DNA from: Fidelibacterota bacterium
Lineage (GTDB): Bacteria > Fidelibacterota > Marinisomatia > Marinisomatales > Marinisomataceae
NCBI GenBank assembly: GCA_045560295.1
Contig: JBJKZL010000004.1
Coordinates: 1,868-65,867, forward strand
Reading direction: 5' to 3'
Length of the DNA stretch: 64,000 nt
Program-made: the position numbers and the translations under genes
The notes under the pieces: model-generated
Told to the model about the DNA's origin: nothing
The model's input: the letters and a program-made list of their open reading frames with translations, nothing else
Database searches by the model: none
Shown here: piece by piece, positions 31,464 to 41,649 of the stretch
Position numbering within the stretch: position 1 is the stretch's first letter
How the letters are laid out: every line of letters starts with the position of its first letter

Positions 31464-31473
31464 TGAATATTTA

Positions 31474-32244
31474 TTAAATGATTCCTCTATCACTCTTATC
31501 AATAAAATTAATTATCTCGCCAATATGACGGTTCCCCTGAAATTCTTCTTTAATTTTTTTAAGTGAAATAGATGGATTTAATTCAGATCTAAAATAATAG
31601 CGATACGCCTTCTTAATAGCAGCTCTTTCTTCTTTACTAAAACCTCTTCTAGATAAACCTAGAGTATTAATTCCTGAATATCGCAAAGGATGCTTACCTG
31701 CTAAAATATACGGCGGTACATCCTGAACAATTTTTGAGTTTGCAGCTAACATTACATGTTTTCCTATTTTACAAAATTGGTGTACAGTACTTGCACCTCC
31801 TAAAATAGCCCAATCATCAATTTCGACATGTCCCCCAAGAGCAACTAAATTTACTAAAATTACATTATCTCCAATAATGCAATCATGTGCAACATGGACA
31901 CCTGTCATTATCAACACATCCTTACCAATAGAAGTCTCACCTGTAGCATTTGTACCTCTATTCAATGTTACAAACTCTCTTATGATTGTACGCTTGCCAA
32001 TAATCAACTTAGTTTTTTCACCACCAAATTTTTTATCCTGCGGCACAACACCGATACTGCTATTATGAAAAATCTGACATCCATCAGCAATTTCAGTGTA
32101 TTGACCAATAGTATTAAAATTTCCGATACTTACATTATCCTCAATAATAACATCGTCTTCAATAACATTATATGCACCTATTGAGACATTCTTGCCAATC
32201 TGTGCTGAGTCTGCTATAATATTTGTTGGGTGTATATTGCTCAT
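31474..32244 (-). CDS. lpxA: UDP-N-acetylglucosamine acyltransferase
   Basis: Hexapeptide repeats, PQDKKF, IREFVT, HVAHDC, QDVPPY. Confidence 0.95.
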   Translation of the reverse strand: MSNIHPTNIIADSAQIGKNVSIGAYNVIEDDVIIEDNVSIGNFNTIGQYTEIADGCQIFHNSSIGVVPQDKKFGGEKTKLIIGKRTIIREFVTLNRGTNATGETSIGKDVLIMTGVHVAHDCIIGDNVILVNLVALGGHVEIDDWAILGGASTVHQFCKIGKHVMLAANSKIVQDVPPYILAGKHPLRYSGINTLGLSRRGFSKEERAAIKKAYRYYFRSELNPSISLKKIKEEFQGNRHIGEIINFIDKSDRGII

Positions 32245-32253
32245 TTTTTTACC

Positions 32254-32685
32254 TTACCTATCCACTACTGTTGCAAAAAACTCTGCAGAGGCTACTTTGT
32301 TTTTCTCCACAGTACATATAGATTCAAATTTGAAAGATCCTAACTTATGATGTAATAATTTTGCATCGATATTCAGTTGGTCTCCAGGTATAACATTATG
32401 ATACATTTTATAATTTACTACTTTTGACATGAATACTAATTTTTTTGATGGGTCATTCATAAAATCAACCATTAATAAACATGCTGACTGAGCGATACAC
32501 TCTAAAATTAATACACCTGGCATAATGGGTTTTTTAGGGAAGTGACCCTGGAAATAAGGCTCGTTTATAGAAACATTTTTAATAGTTTGAATACTTTCTT
32601 TTCTTTGATGGCCTATAATACGGTCAACCATTAGAAATGGGTAACGGTGTGGCATTACTTCTAATATGTAGTTGATATCTTTCAT
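32254..32685 (-). CDS. fabZ: 3-hydroxyacyl-ACP dehydratase
   Basis: PHRYPFLMVD, FQGHFP, MPGVLILE. Confidence 0.94.
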   Translation of the reverse strand: MKDINYILEVMPHRYPFLMVDRIIGHQRKESIQTIKNVSINEPYFQGHFPKKPIMPGVLILECIAQSACLLMVDFMNDPSKKLVFMSKVVNYKMYHNVIPGDQLNIDAKLLHHKLGSFKFESICTVEKNKVASAEFFATVVDR

Positions 32686-33603
32686 TTAAAATTGATCTTT
32701 GAATTCTTTTCTTAATAATTTTGCAAACTCAACGTTTCCTTTATGTCCACTTTTAATTGCAGTAATATGACCTAAAATTGGCTTACCTAATAATGCTAGG
32801 TCACCTATTAAGTCTAATGTTTTATGTCTTACTGGTTCGTTCTTAAATCGTAAAATTTGTGATTTATATAACCCTCTAGTTCCCTCATAAAACTTAATCC
32901 CAAATCTCTCCTTAAAGAATTCTACTTCTTTGTTATCAATGGCTGTATCAACTATAATAACTGCGTTTCCTAAATTACCACCCTTAATTAATCCTTGTTT
33001 TTCTAGACCCGCTACTTCGCTTAATAAACAAAACGTACGTGCTGGAGCTATCTGCTTTTCATAATTAGTATACATATTTTGTACGGAACTATACTGTACA
33101 TCCAGCTCTTCTAAATCATAATGAATAGTAAATGTAGTTTTAAAATCATTGTAAGGAACTGCTACAACCTCTACATCTTTTTCTTCATCCGCATAAAATA
33201 CAGGTTTTGTAATTTTAAGAAATTGAACTTTTGCTTTTTGTTCAATAATCCCGCCCATTTTTAATGCGGATACAAAATCTTTTGAACTTCCATCCATAAC
33301 GGGTGGCTCTTTACTATTCAGCTCTATTAATAGATTATTAATTCCCATTCCTGCACATGCAGACATAACATGCTCTGTTGTATGAACACGTACACCGTGT
33401 TCTTCAATAGTTGTACCTCGTGTTAAGTCAACTACATTATCAATATCTGGTGTAATAATCTGATCATTTTGATCATTTCTCATGAATTTTATACCAAAAT
33501 TTTCTTCGGCTGGATGAAAAGTAATAGTACTTTCTACTCCAGTATGAAGTCCTACTCCAGTACAAGATACGGGATTTTTGATAGTTTTCTGATTTTGTAT
33601 CAT
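32686..33603 (-). CDS. lpxC: UDP-3-O-acyl-GlcNAc deacetylase
   Basis: GVGLHTG, TTEH, ARTF, RHKTLDLIGD, SGH. Confidence 0.95.
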   Translation of the reverse strand: MIQNQKTIKNPVSCTGVGLHTGVESTITFHPAEENFGIKFMRNDQNDQIITPDIDNVVDLTRGTTIEEHGVRVHTTEHVMSACAGMGINNLLIELNSKEPPVMDGSSKDFVSALKMGGIIEQKAKVQFLKITKPVFYADEEKDVEVVAVPYNDFKTTFTIHYDLEELDVQYSSVQNMYTNYEKQIAPARTFCLLSEVAGLEKQGLIKGGNLGNAVIIVDTAIDNKEVEFFKERFGIKFYEGTRGLYKSQILRFKNEPVRHKTLDLIGDLALLGKPILGHITAIKSGHKGNVEFAKLLRKEFKDQF

Positions 33604-34589
33604 TGTTTTTTTAATCTTTTCTCTAATAATTTTAATCTTGTAAATACCGCATCTCTTTCTTGTTTTTCTTTGATAGGTCGAGCAGGATTACCAGCATACA
33701 TTTGCCCTCCATCTAAAGATTTTAATACACAAGAACGTGCACCAAAAATAGAATCTTTACCTATAGTAATATGTGGCCCAATATCTGTTTTACCTGCTAT
33801 CATAGAGTAAGCACCAATTGTTGTGCTACCTCCAATAAAAACTCCTGCAGCAATCAAACACCCTTCTTCGACTGTAACGTTATGTGCAATATGAATTTGA
33901 TTATCTAATTTACAATAATCTCCAATCTTAGTGTTCTTTACTGAACCTCTATCAATAGTACAACTTGCACCCATTTCAACAAAATCTCCTATGATGACAC
34001 TTTTGATATGAGGTATTTTATGATGTATTTTATCGATCGTAGTAAAACCAAAACCGTCGCTGCCAATGACTGTATTACTATGGATTAGTGTATGTTTTCC
34101 TATAATAACATCATCGTAAATAACAACATTATCCTTAATTATAGAATTTGAACCAATTGTCACCCCTTCATTTATTTTAACCCCCGTACCAATCTTAACA
34201 TTATTACCAATCTTTACATTATCTCCTACGAATGATAATGCACCAACGCCTACGTTTTCTCCCACAGAAGCTGATTTAGAGATTAAGGCGGTGGTATGTA
34301 ATGTGTGTTTGGTTGGGATTTTTTTAGAGAATAGTTCTAAAATCTTAATCATAGCTAAATAAGGATTTTCTACTACAATACCTGGCTTTTCTTCTAAGTC
34401 TTCTTTGTTTGTGACTATAAAAGCAGAAGCGCTAGAAGATTTGACAATCTTTTTATACTTGGGTAAGAAGGCAAAAGATAAGGAGCCATTGCTAGCTTCA
34501 TGAATATCATCAACACTAGTAATAGTAGTTGAGCTATCCCCGACTACCGCCCCTTTTACCTCTAAGGCAATTTGGTTAAGCGTAAACAA
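33600..34589 (-). CDS. lpxD: UDP-3-O-acylglucosamine N-acyltransferase
   Basis: IGSDGFGF, TIDRG, KLDNQIHIAHNV. Confidence 0.95.
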   Translation of the reverse strand: MFTLNQIALEVKGAVVGDSSTTITSVDDIHEASNGSLSFAFLPKYKKIVKSSSASAFIVTNKEDLEEKPGIVVENPYLAMIKILELFSKKIPTKHTLHTTALISKSASVGENVGVGALSFVGDNVKIGNNVKIGTGVKINEGVTIGSNSIIKDNVVIYDDVIIGKHTLIHSNTVIGSDGFGFTTIDKIHHKIPHIKSVIIGDFVEMGASCTIDRGSVKNTKIGDYCKLDNQIHIAHNVTVEEGCLIAAGVFIGGSTTIGAYSMIAGKTDIGPHITIGKDSIFGARSCVLKSLDGGQMYAGNPARPIKEKQERDAVFTRLKLLEKRLKKQ

Positions 34590-34603
34590 GAGAAACCTCT
34601 ATA

Positions 34604-35110
34604 CTATTCTTTTGATTTTCTTAATTCATAAAGAACATCATCGGTAAGATCATGTGTTGGTTTTGTATATAGAGAAGCTTGTGAGCCATCCATAATAATA
34701 TCATATCCTTTTGATATTGCTACAGCATCCACTGCTGCTTTGAATTTTTGAACCAATTCAAACTCTAGCTGTGCTTGCTTCTTGGTCAATTCACCGTTTG
34801 GCCCAACTTTAGCTTGCTGATAGCTTTGCATAGAGTTATTCATGTCCACGATATCTTGCTCTTTAGCTTTTTTCAGCTCTTCTGACATCATTAGACTTTG
34901 TTGTTCATACTCCTTAACCATACTGTCTAATTCAGTTGCCATCGTTTGGTATTCTTTTTGAATAACTTGTAGGTCAAGCTGTAATTGCTGCTCAACTTCA
35001 TTGAACTCTTCAAAATCAAGTCTAATTTTTTCTGAAAAAACTACACCAATTTTTTCTTGAGCAAATGATACTCCAACTAATAATAATAAAATCGCTATTT
35101 TCTTATACAC
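34604..35110 (-). CDS. skp: OmpH/Skp periplasmic chaperone
   Basis: GTG start at 35110 after GGAG, signal peptide, QEKIGVV, coiled coil, GYDIIMD, DLTDDVL. Located between bamA and lpxD. Confidence 0.88.
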   Translation of the reverse strand: MYKKIAILLLLVGVSFAQEKIGVVFSEKIRLDFEEFNEVEQQLQLDLQVIQKEYQTMATELDSMVKEYEQQSLMMSEELKKAKEQDIVDMNNSMQSYQQAKVGPNGELTKKQAQLEFELVQKFKAAVDAVAISKGYDIIMDGSQASLYTKPTHDLTDDVLYELRKSKE

Positions 35111-35123
35111 TTTATTCTCTCCT

Positions 35124-37502
35124 TTAGTACGTTTGTCCAAATGTAATAGTATATTCCCAACCTTGTGGATTACCATCACCGTTAATATCGTCAAATCCAT
35201 ATCCCATATCAAATCCTAATTTACCGATACCTGGCATAAAAAACCTAACACCAACGCCGGCAGACTTTTTCATAGAAAGTGGGCCATTTCTATCTATATA
35301 AAACGGCTCAGACATCTTTGAACTGTTCCATACATTCCCCATTTCTCCGAATGCCATTACATATATTACAGGATTTTCAGATAACGGGAATCTTAACTCT
35401 GTAGTCACTTTACCCATTGAATTTCCTCCAACAGCTTGACCAGAAGCAGTTTGAGGGCCAATAGAATTGTCCGGATAACCTCTTAAAGCGTTTCCGTAGG
35501 GAATCCCATTTCCTCCCATAATAAATCTTTCATCAAATGGTACAAAACTTTGAATATCGTCATCTACATCTAATGTTTTGATAACACCAAGCTTGAAAGA
35601 ATTGTATAATACAACCTTAGAGAAAGTAGGTGTAAACCAATTTAAATCTAATATATGTTTTTGAAAATTTTCATTTCCACCTAAAAAACCTCCAGAGTAT
35701 GTATTCTCAATTCTGAATTGGGAGCCAGAAGTAGGGAACTCTGCCCTGTTTCTACTATCCCTAGATAACATTTGGGAAAAACTAATTCCTCTTGTTGTAT
35801 CGAGCCCACCAATGTATTCATCAATATCTGCTTGTGTACCTTGATATTGTTTTTCCATCAATTTTGCAGACCACATAACCCTAAAAAAATCATCTGGCCA
35901 TTCTAATCTTCTTCCAAAGCTAGCCACTGCTCCCGCTACTGTAAAGTCTAGGGGGAAATAATAATTTGTTGATGAACCTCTATAAGAATAGAATATTGAT
36001 GCTCCAACTAAGTATGGACTATCATTTATCATTGGGTCTTGGAAGCTGATATTTAAAGATCTATACTTTGATGGCTCTTGATTGGAGTATAAGGAAAAGT
36101 TTGTTCCAGTGCTTAGGCCAACATTAAATTTCTGACCTCTTCCCATAAAATTATCGAATTCGACTCCTGCTCCTCCTGTTATTCCATATTCACCAGTAAA
36201 ACCAAGGTTGGCATTAATTCTCTGAGTTGATTTCTTTTCTTGAACTACAAAATCTAAATTTACTTTATCGTCTGATATAGGATTAACATCGGGTACTACA
36301 TTATCAAAATAATTTAAAATCCAGATATCGCGTTGACTTCGCATTAATTTGGATTTATTAAATACATCCCCTGGATATAATTTTAATTCACGCCTAATTA
36401 CATTTTCTCTGGTTTTATCATTCCCTGATACAAAGATATTTTCTATAAATACCTTACTCCCTTCTGTAAATACAAAGTTAATATCAAGTGAGTCAGGCCC
36501 AGATGGAATAATTTCTGGATTGACATTACTAAATATATAACCCTTATCTTGGTATACGCTCATCATATCTTCATAAACAGACTTGTTAAATTCTTCTTCA
36601 GAATAAGCATCACCCTTTTCAATTTTTAATAATTGTTTTAATGTTGTTTCATCAGCTATTTCATTACCCTCAAAAGTTATATTTCGATAATGATATTTTT
36701 CTCCTTCATCTAACGAAAGAAGTAATGTTAGAGCAAAATTATCTCTATCAATAATTAGGCTATCTTTGACCACTTGAAAATCTCTATAGCCTTCATTTTT
36801 GTAGAATAGTGCTAATGCCTTTTTATCTTCTTCAAACGTTTTTTCATCGAAGTTTTTTACCCAAAAAGACCACCACTTTTTTTCTTTGGTATCTTTAAGC
36901 TCTTTCTTTAGTTTACGCTCTGAAAAATTCTTATTGCCTTCGAAAGTGATATCTTTCAATCTATATTTCTCATTTTCTTTGACATCAAAAATAACATCTC
37001 TAGCATAAGAAGTTCGAACTAATGTATCTTGAGGCACCTCAATTCTAGAATTGACTTCGACATCAAAATATCCATCTTCTTGATAAATCTCTGTAATTTT
37101 TTTAGCAGCTGCAGCTAATGAATTAGGACGTATTCTTTGTCCAATCTTTAAATCAATTTTTTCAGTAAATCTTGACTCTCTAACGGTAATACCTTCAAAT
37201 AAAATATTATTCAATGTAGGGCTCTCTTCTACTTGAATTGTAATTTCTACTCCATATTCAGAATCATTATTTAAGACAATATTAACATCATCAAATAAGC
37301 CTAAATCCCATAAACGTGTTAAAGCTGTAGAAATATCAGATCTCTGAATTTGGGTTCCGTCACGTAAACCTGCAGAATACTTGATCATCTTATCAGATGT
37401 AGTAGTATTGCCCTCAATATTTACACGGTAAAGTGTTACCTCTTGTCCATATAAAATACTAGCAAAGCACAGTAGTATTATTGTTATATAAATATTTCTC
37501 AT
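35124..37502 (-). CDS. bamA: Outer-membrane assembly factor BamA
   Basis: POTRA repeats (GNDKTRENVIRREL), LRGY motif, beta-barrel C-terminus. Confidence 0.95.
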   Translation of the reverse strand: MRNIYITIILLCFASILYGQEVTLYRVNIEGNTTTSDKMIKYSAGLRDGTQIQRSDISTALTRLWDLGLFDDVNIVLNNDSEYGVEITIQVEESPTLNNILFEGITVRESRFTEKIDLKIGQRIRPNSLAAAAKKITEIYQEDGYFDVEVNSRIEVPQDTLVRTSYARDVIFDVKENEKYRLKDITFEGNKNFSERKLKKELKDTKEKKWWSFWVKNFDEKTFEEDKKALALFYKNEGYRDFQVVKDSLIIDRDNFALTLLLSLDEGEKYHYRNITFEGNEIADETTLKQLLKIEKGDAYSEEEFNKSVYEDMMSVYQDKGYIFSNVNPEIIPSGPDSLDINFVFTEGSKVFIENIFVSGNDKTRENVIRRELKLYPGDVFNKSKLMRSQRDIWILNYFDNVVPDVNPISDDKVNLDFVVQEKKSTQRINANLGFTGEYGITGGAGVEFDNFMGRGQKFNVGLSTGTNFSLYSNQEPSKYRSLNISFQDPMINDSPYLVGASIFYSYRGSSTNYYFPLDFTVAGAVASFGRRLEWPDDFFRVMWSAKLMEKQYQGTQADIDEYIGGLDTTRGISFSQMLSRDSRNRAEFPTSGSQFRIENTYSGGFLGGNENFQKHILDLNWFTPTFSKVVLYNSFKLGVIKTLDVDDDIQSFVPFDERFIMGGNGIPYGNALRGYPDNSIGPQTASGQAVGGNSMGKVTTELRFPLSENPVIYVMAFGEMGNVWNSSKMSEPFYIDRNGPLSMKKSAGVGVRFFMPGIGKLGFDMGYGFDDINGDGNPQGWEYTITFGQTY

Positions 37503-37505
37503 ATT

Positions 37506-38207
37506 TTAATCAGTTAATTTACCAAAAGTTCTGTCTCTATTCTCAAAATCTTTTAAAGCTTTCATCAAATCTTTTTCCTTAAAGTCTGGCCAATTTTTAT
37601 TGCTCACAAACAGTTCTGCGTAAGCTGATTGCCATAATAAAAAATTGCTTAATCTATATTCACCTGCCGTTCTAATAATGAGGTCCGGGTCAGGTATTTC
37701 AGGGCAATATAAGTTATTTTTTACAATCTCTTCATCAATTATTTCACTTTTTTTACTTAATATAATTTTGTTTATTGCATCTATAATTTCTTGTCTACCA
37801 CCATAACTCAAAGCTAAAGAAAGAATTAAACCAGTATTATTCTTTGTTCTATCTATAGCTTCAGAAATAATTTTTTGTACACTCGTTGGTAAATCCTCTA
37901 TTCTTCCAACTACACTAAAGACTATATTGTTCCTCTCTAATTCTTTAATCTCATTTTCTAACATAGAGCTTAGTAAAGACATTAAGCTATCTACTTCATA
38001 TTGTGGACGGTTCCAATTCTCTGTAGAAAATGCATAGAGAGTGAGATATTTTATCTTTAAGTCTGAACATACTTCAATAATTTTTTTAGCAGATTTAGCG
38101 CCTTCCTTATGTCCCAACAGACGATCCATCCCTTTATCAATAGCCCATCTGCCATTGCCATCCATAATAATTGCAATATGGTCTAGATTAAATGAACTTG
38201 GATTCAT
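37506..38207 (-). CDS. uppS: Undecaprenyl diphosphate synthase
   Basis: HIAIIMDGNGRWA, FSTENWNRP, DLIIRTAGEYRLSNFLLWQ. Confidence 0.96.
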   Translation of the reverse strand: MNPSSFNLDHIAIIMDGNGRWAIDKGMDRLLGHKEGAKSAKKIIEVCSDLKIKYLTLYAFSTENWNRPQYEVDSLMSLLSSMLENEIKELERNNIVFSVVGRIEDLPTSVQKIISEAIDRTKNNTGLILSLALSYGGRQEIIDAINKIILSKKSEIIDEEIVKNNLYCPEIPDPDLIIRTAGEYRLSNFLLWQSAYAELFVSNKNWPDFKEKDLMKALKDFENRDRTFGKLTD

Positions 38208-39307
38208 ATAGAAGATATATGTTTTGCTAATCTTAAAAATATTTTTGATATAGGAGATTGTTTGTCATAAAAAACAATTGGTTCTCCATTATCAATAGAC
38301 TCCATTAATTTATGAGAATAAGGGACTTCTGCTAATAGCGGAATATCCAACCTAGTACTTTCTGTTTCTCCCCCACCATGTTTAAATAATTCAAATTTTA
38401 AATTAAATTCTCCATTTTCATTGGTTGGTACTTTTTCTCCATTAATAATAATATTCGAGTTTTTGCTATTTGGTACTTCTCCCGCAATTTCCATATAAGA
38501 CATATTTTCTACTACTCCAAAAAGCTCCGTTTCTACCTTTTTAAACATATCTGCACCTTTTCTAACATCTGTTAGGGCGATATCATTTGGAGTCGTTACA
38601 ATAATTGCACCATCTAATGGAATTTTTTGAGATAAAGTAAGTTGAACATCTCCTGTACCTGGAGGAAGGTCTAAGATTAAATAATCTAAATCACCCCAGT
38701 TTACATCCTTGAAGAACTGCTCAGTCATTTTAGCGACTAAAGGGCCTCTCCAAACTACTGGTGCCTTATTTCCGCTAATAAAACCGAAGCTCATGAGTTT
38801 TAAATTATGCTTCTCTAAAGGAATAATTTTTTGATTTTCGTCGACTTCTGGATTTCCTTGGATCCCCATTGTGAGCGGTAAAGACGGTCCATAAATATCT
38901 AAGTCGAGTAATCCAGTTTTATGCCCCTCGCTCGTTAAGGCTGCCGCTAAATTGAGTGCAATTGTAGACTTACCAACTCCACCTTTTCCGCTGGCTACTG
39001 CGATAATTTTCTTAATATTTCCTTCAACGTTTTGATGCTTGTTAGAAGTATCTACTTCCACGTTTTGTGGAGGTCGATCTAATACTTTAATTTTTAATTC
39101 AAAATCGTCGGCAATGATAATCTCTTTGATATTTTTGATAAGCTCTGCTTTTTTCTCTTCATTCTGCGAAGAAATAGATAGCATAATAGTAATAGTTTTG
39201 TGATCAATAAGAATTTCTTTAACCATTCCAAATGATACAATATCTCTATTGAAGCCAGGATAATTAACTGACTTAAGCTGATGTAATATTTCGTTTTTAT
39301 TTATCAT
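38204..39307 (-). CDS. mrp: Mrp/NBP35 (ApbC) Fe-S cluster carrier ATPase
   Basis: ASGKGGVGKST, DIYGPS, WRGP, DLPPGTGD, ENMS. Confidence 0.92.
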   Translation of the reverse strand: MINKNEILHQLKSVNYPGFNRDIVSFGMVKEILIDHKTITIMLSISSQNEEKKAELIKNIKEIIIADDFELKIKVLDRPPQNVEVDTSNKHQNVEGNIKKIIAVASGKGGVGKSTIALNLAAALTSEGHKTGLLDLDIYGPSLPLTMGIQGNPEVDENQKIIPLEKHNLKLMSFGFISGNKAPVVWRGPLVAKMTEQFFKDVNWGDLDYLILDLPPGTGDVQLTLSQKIPLDGAIIVTTPNDIALTDVRKGADMFKKVETELFGVVENMSYMEIAGEVPNSKNSNIIINGEKVPTNENGEFNLKFELFKHGGGETESTRLDIPLLAEVPYSHKLMESIDNGEPIVFYDKQSPISKIFLRLAKHISSI

Positions 39308-39362
39308 AAAATAAGGGCAGTTAAAAATAGAAAAGACTACTATAAAATGTTATATAAATCTA

Positions 39363-39662
39363 TCAGGGTGCTTCTTGACCAAAAAATTTATAATTACGAT
39401 CAATTGATGACTCATATTCGTCGGGAATTTCATCTTCATCATAAATGGCATCAACTGGGCATTCTGGCTCACAAGCCCCACAGTCGATGCATTCTTCTGG
39501 ATTGATAAAAAGTTGTTTTGAGGTAGCATCAAAGCCTGGAGCTTTTGCTTCCTCTCCCGATCCTTCTGGATCTGTTGGTCCATGTATGCAATCAACGGGA
39601 CACACTTCAATACAAGCTGTATCACAAGTACCCACACATGGGTCTGTAATTATATATGGCAT
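39363..39662 (-). CDS. Dicluster ferredoxin (FdxA-like)
   Basis: CVGTCDTACIEVCPVDC and CIDCGACEPECP. Confidence 0.93.
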   Translation of the reverse strand: MPYIITDPCVGTCDTACIEVCPVDCIHGPTDPEGSGEEAKAPGFDATSKQLFINPEECIDCGACEPECPVDAIYDEDEIPDEYESSIDRNYKFFGQEAP

Positions 39663-39730
39663 TTAATATTCTTTATTTTCTTAGTTGCTAGAGGATATAT
39701 TATACGTAGTTTCATGTTCAAAATCAACCA

Positions 39731-40927
39731 ATGCAGAAACAAAAAAAACTAAATATATTTTTATGGACGGTACCGTTAGTTAATTCTATTGGCAGATCTA
39801 TTTATGATGTGGCATTTATATGGCTCATATTAGATATTACTAATTCCGAAAAAATTACAGGGTTTGTAGCTATGACAACCTATTTACCAGCCATTCTTTG
39901 TGGATTGTTTATTGGTGCAATTGTTGACCTTTTTCCTAAGACTAAAATGATATCCTTTGCTACTATTATGCAGGGCCTCGTTTTATTATGTATCCCACTT
40001 TTATTTTTTTATGAAATTGAATCAGTATGGCTAATTATGTTATTAGCTTTTTTTCATAATGGGTTTGCCTTGCCGATGGTACCAGCATTTAATGCATATC
40101 TTCCTACACAGATAAGAAAAGAAAATCTACTCAAGGCTAATTCCATTGTAAATATATCCTGGCAAACTGCTGTACTGATTGGGCCAATTATTGCGGCACA
40201 ATTACTAACTTTTTATCCAGTAGAAAATTTATTCTTTTTCTGTGTTTTGTTCTATTTCTTAGCAGCTGCATTAACCTCTATTGCTCCTAAGGATATAGTG
40301 GAAAAAGAAGAAGTTAGTATTAAAAAAGTAATTCAAAAAACAAGCGAAGGTATTCAATATTTAAAAGATAAATCTACATTTCGTGCAATTATCATTCTAA
40401 CTCTTTTAAGTAATCTATTTGTAATGGGTCCTGCAATAATAGGTGTTCCTATTCTTGTAAAACTTTACTTAGGTGGGAGTGCATCCGATTTTGCTTTAGT
40501 GGAAGCATTCATTGGGTTAGGAATGCTTTTAGGAACAACTGTAGTATATGGCATTGGTAGTAGGCTCCCTCATGGCTTGTTATTTTTAGTAGGTTTATTT
40601 ATTGATGGTGCAAGTTTTTGTTTTTACTATTTTGTTGAAAATATGAACCAACTCAATTTCTTATCATTTTTACATGGGATTGGTATACCTTTTTTAATTA
40701 TTTCTCGTGTGTCTATCATGCAAAAACATATCCCTGAAAAGTTACTCGGAAGAATATTCGCAATAATTTCTATATCTATCATAAGTATGACAGCGGTGTC
40801 TAGTGGAATGATAGGGATAATGGCAGAATTTTTTGATATCAAAACGATCTTCTTAATTTTTGGAATTCTTGCAAGTATATGCGGGGTTGCTGGCCTAATG
40901 CACCCAAAAATCAAGTATTTGAACTAG
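39731..40927 (+). CDS. MFS transporter (DHA3/macrolide-efflux-like)
   Basis: About 12 TM, GAIVDLFPK motif-A-like loop, LLGRIFA. Confidence 0.85.
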   Translation: MQKQKKLNIFLWTVPLVNSIGRSIYDVAFIWLILDITNSEKITGFVAMTTYLPAILCGLFIGAIVDLFPKTKMISFATIMQGLVLLCIPLLFFYEIESVWLIMLLAFFHNGFALPMVPAFNAYLPTQIRKENLLKANSIVNISWQTAVLIGPIIAAQLLTFYPVENLFFFCVLFYFLAAALTSIAPKDIVEKEEVSIKKVIQKTSEGIQYLKDKSTFRAIIILTLLSNLFVMGPAIIGVPILVKLYLGGSASDFALVEAFIGLGMLLGTTVVYGIGSRLPHGLLFLVGLFIDGASFCFYYFVENMNQLNFLSFLHGIGIPFLIISRVSIMQKHIPEKLLGRIFAIISISIISMTAVSSGMIGIMAEFFDIKTIFLIFGILASICGVAGLMHPKIKYLN

Positions 40928-41649
40928 GCCTTTATAAGGTCTGAGATTTTATTTTTTGTGAGATCTCTTAACTCTTCTACGGACATATTAGCGTACTGAT
41001 CACAAGTAATAGGATCTCCAAAGACTGTTGTTAATCTCCCTGGGTTAATTTGCCAACTGGTTCTTTTATTAGCCCGGTATGCACCAATCAATCCCACTGG
41101 AATAATCGTAGCGTTAGTAGCTTTAGCAAAATGAAAACCACCTTTTTTAAATTCCCCCATTTCACCTGTAATAGTGCGCTGTCCTTCTGGAGACAAAACC
41201 ATAGATGTTTTATCGATTAATAAAATTTTTTCTGCGGCTTTAAGGGTTGCCTTTGCTTTATCAGTATTATCATGAGTAATCGAATAAGCTCCATATCTTT
41301 TAGCCATGTAGCCAAATAATGGTATCTTAAATATTCCCTCCCATCCAACGGCATTAATATAATATGGAATAGCACCACCAAGCATTAATACATCAAACAT
41401 TGATTCATGATTAAACATAAATAGATATGGTCCATCTTCTTTCGGAGGAATATTTCCTCTAACGGAAAACAACTGCAGACCACTGAGCATAATAAGTTTT
41501 GCTCCAATTGGAACAAAAATTGGGTATGTATTTTTAGGATGCGTAACGTAACTAGAAACTATTACTAAAATTAGAAGAAGTGAAAAAAGAGGGAAAAAAA
41601 TTAGAAGAATAAAAAAGGATAGAATTTTATTTAAGATACTTTTCATCAT
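40924..41649 (-). CDS. plsC: 1-acyl-sn-glycerol-3-phosphate acyltransferase
   Basis: NHESMFD, SPEGQRT, FKKGGF, IIPV. Confidence 0.85.
   Translation of the reverse strand: MMKSILNKILSFFILLIFFPLFSLLLILVIVSSYVTHPKNTYPIFVPIGAKLIMLSGLQLFSVRGNIPPKEDGPYLFMFNHESMFDVLMLGGAIPYYINAVGWEGIFKIPLFGYMAKRYGAYSITHDNTDKAKATLKAAEKILLIDKTSMVLSPEGQRTITGEMGEFKKGGFHFAKATNATIIPVGLIGAYRANKRTSWQINPGRLTTVFGDPITCDQYANMSVEELRDLTKNKISDLIKA

Noticed and set aside
39350..39637. 95-aa ORF overlapping the ferredoxin in another frame
   Set aside because: The 39363-39662 frame carries the Cys motifs. This one has no signal.
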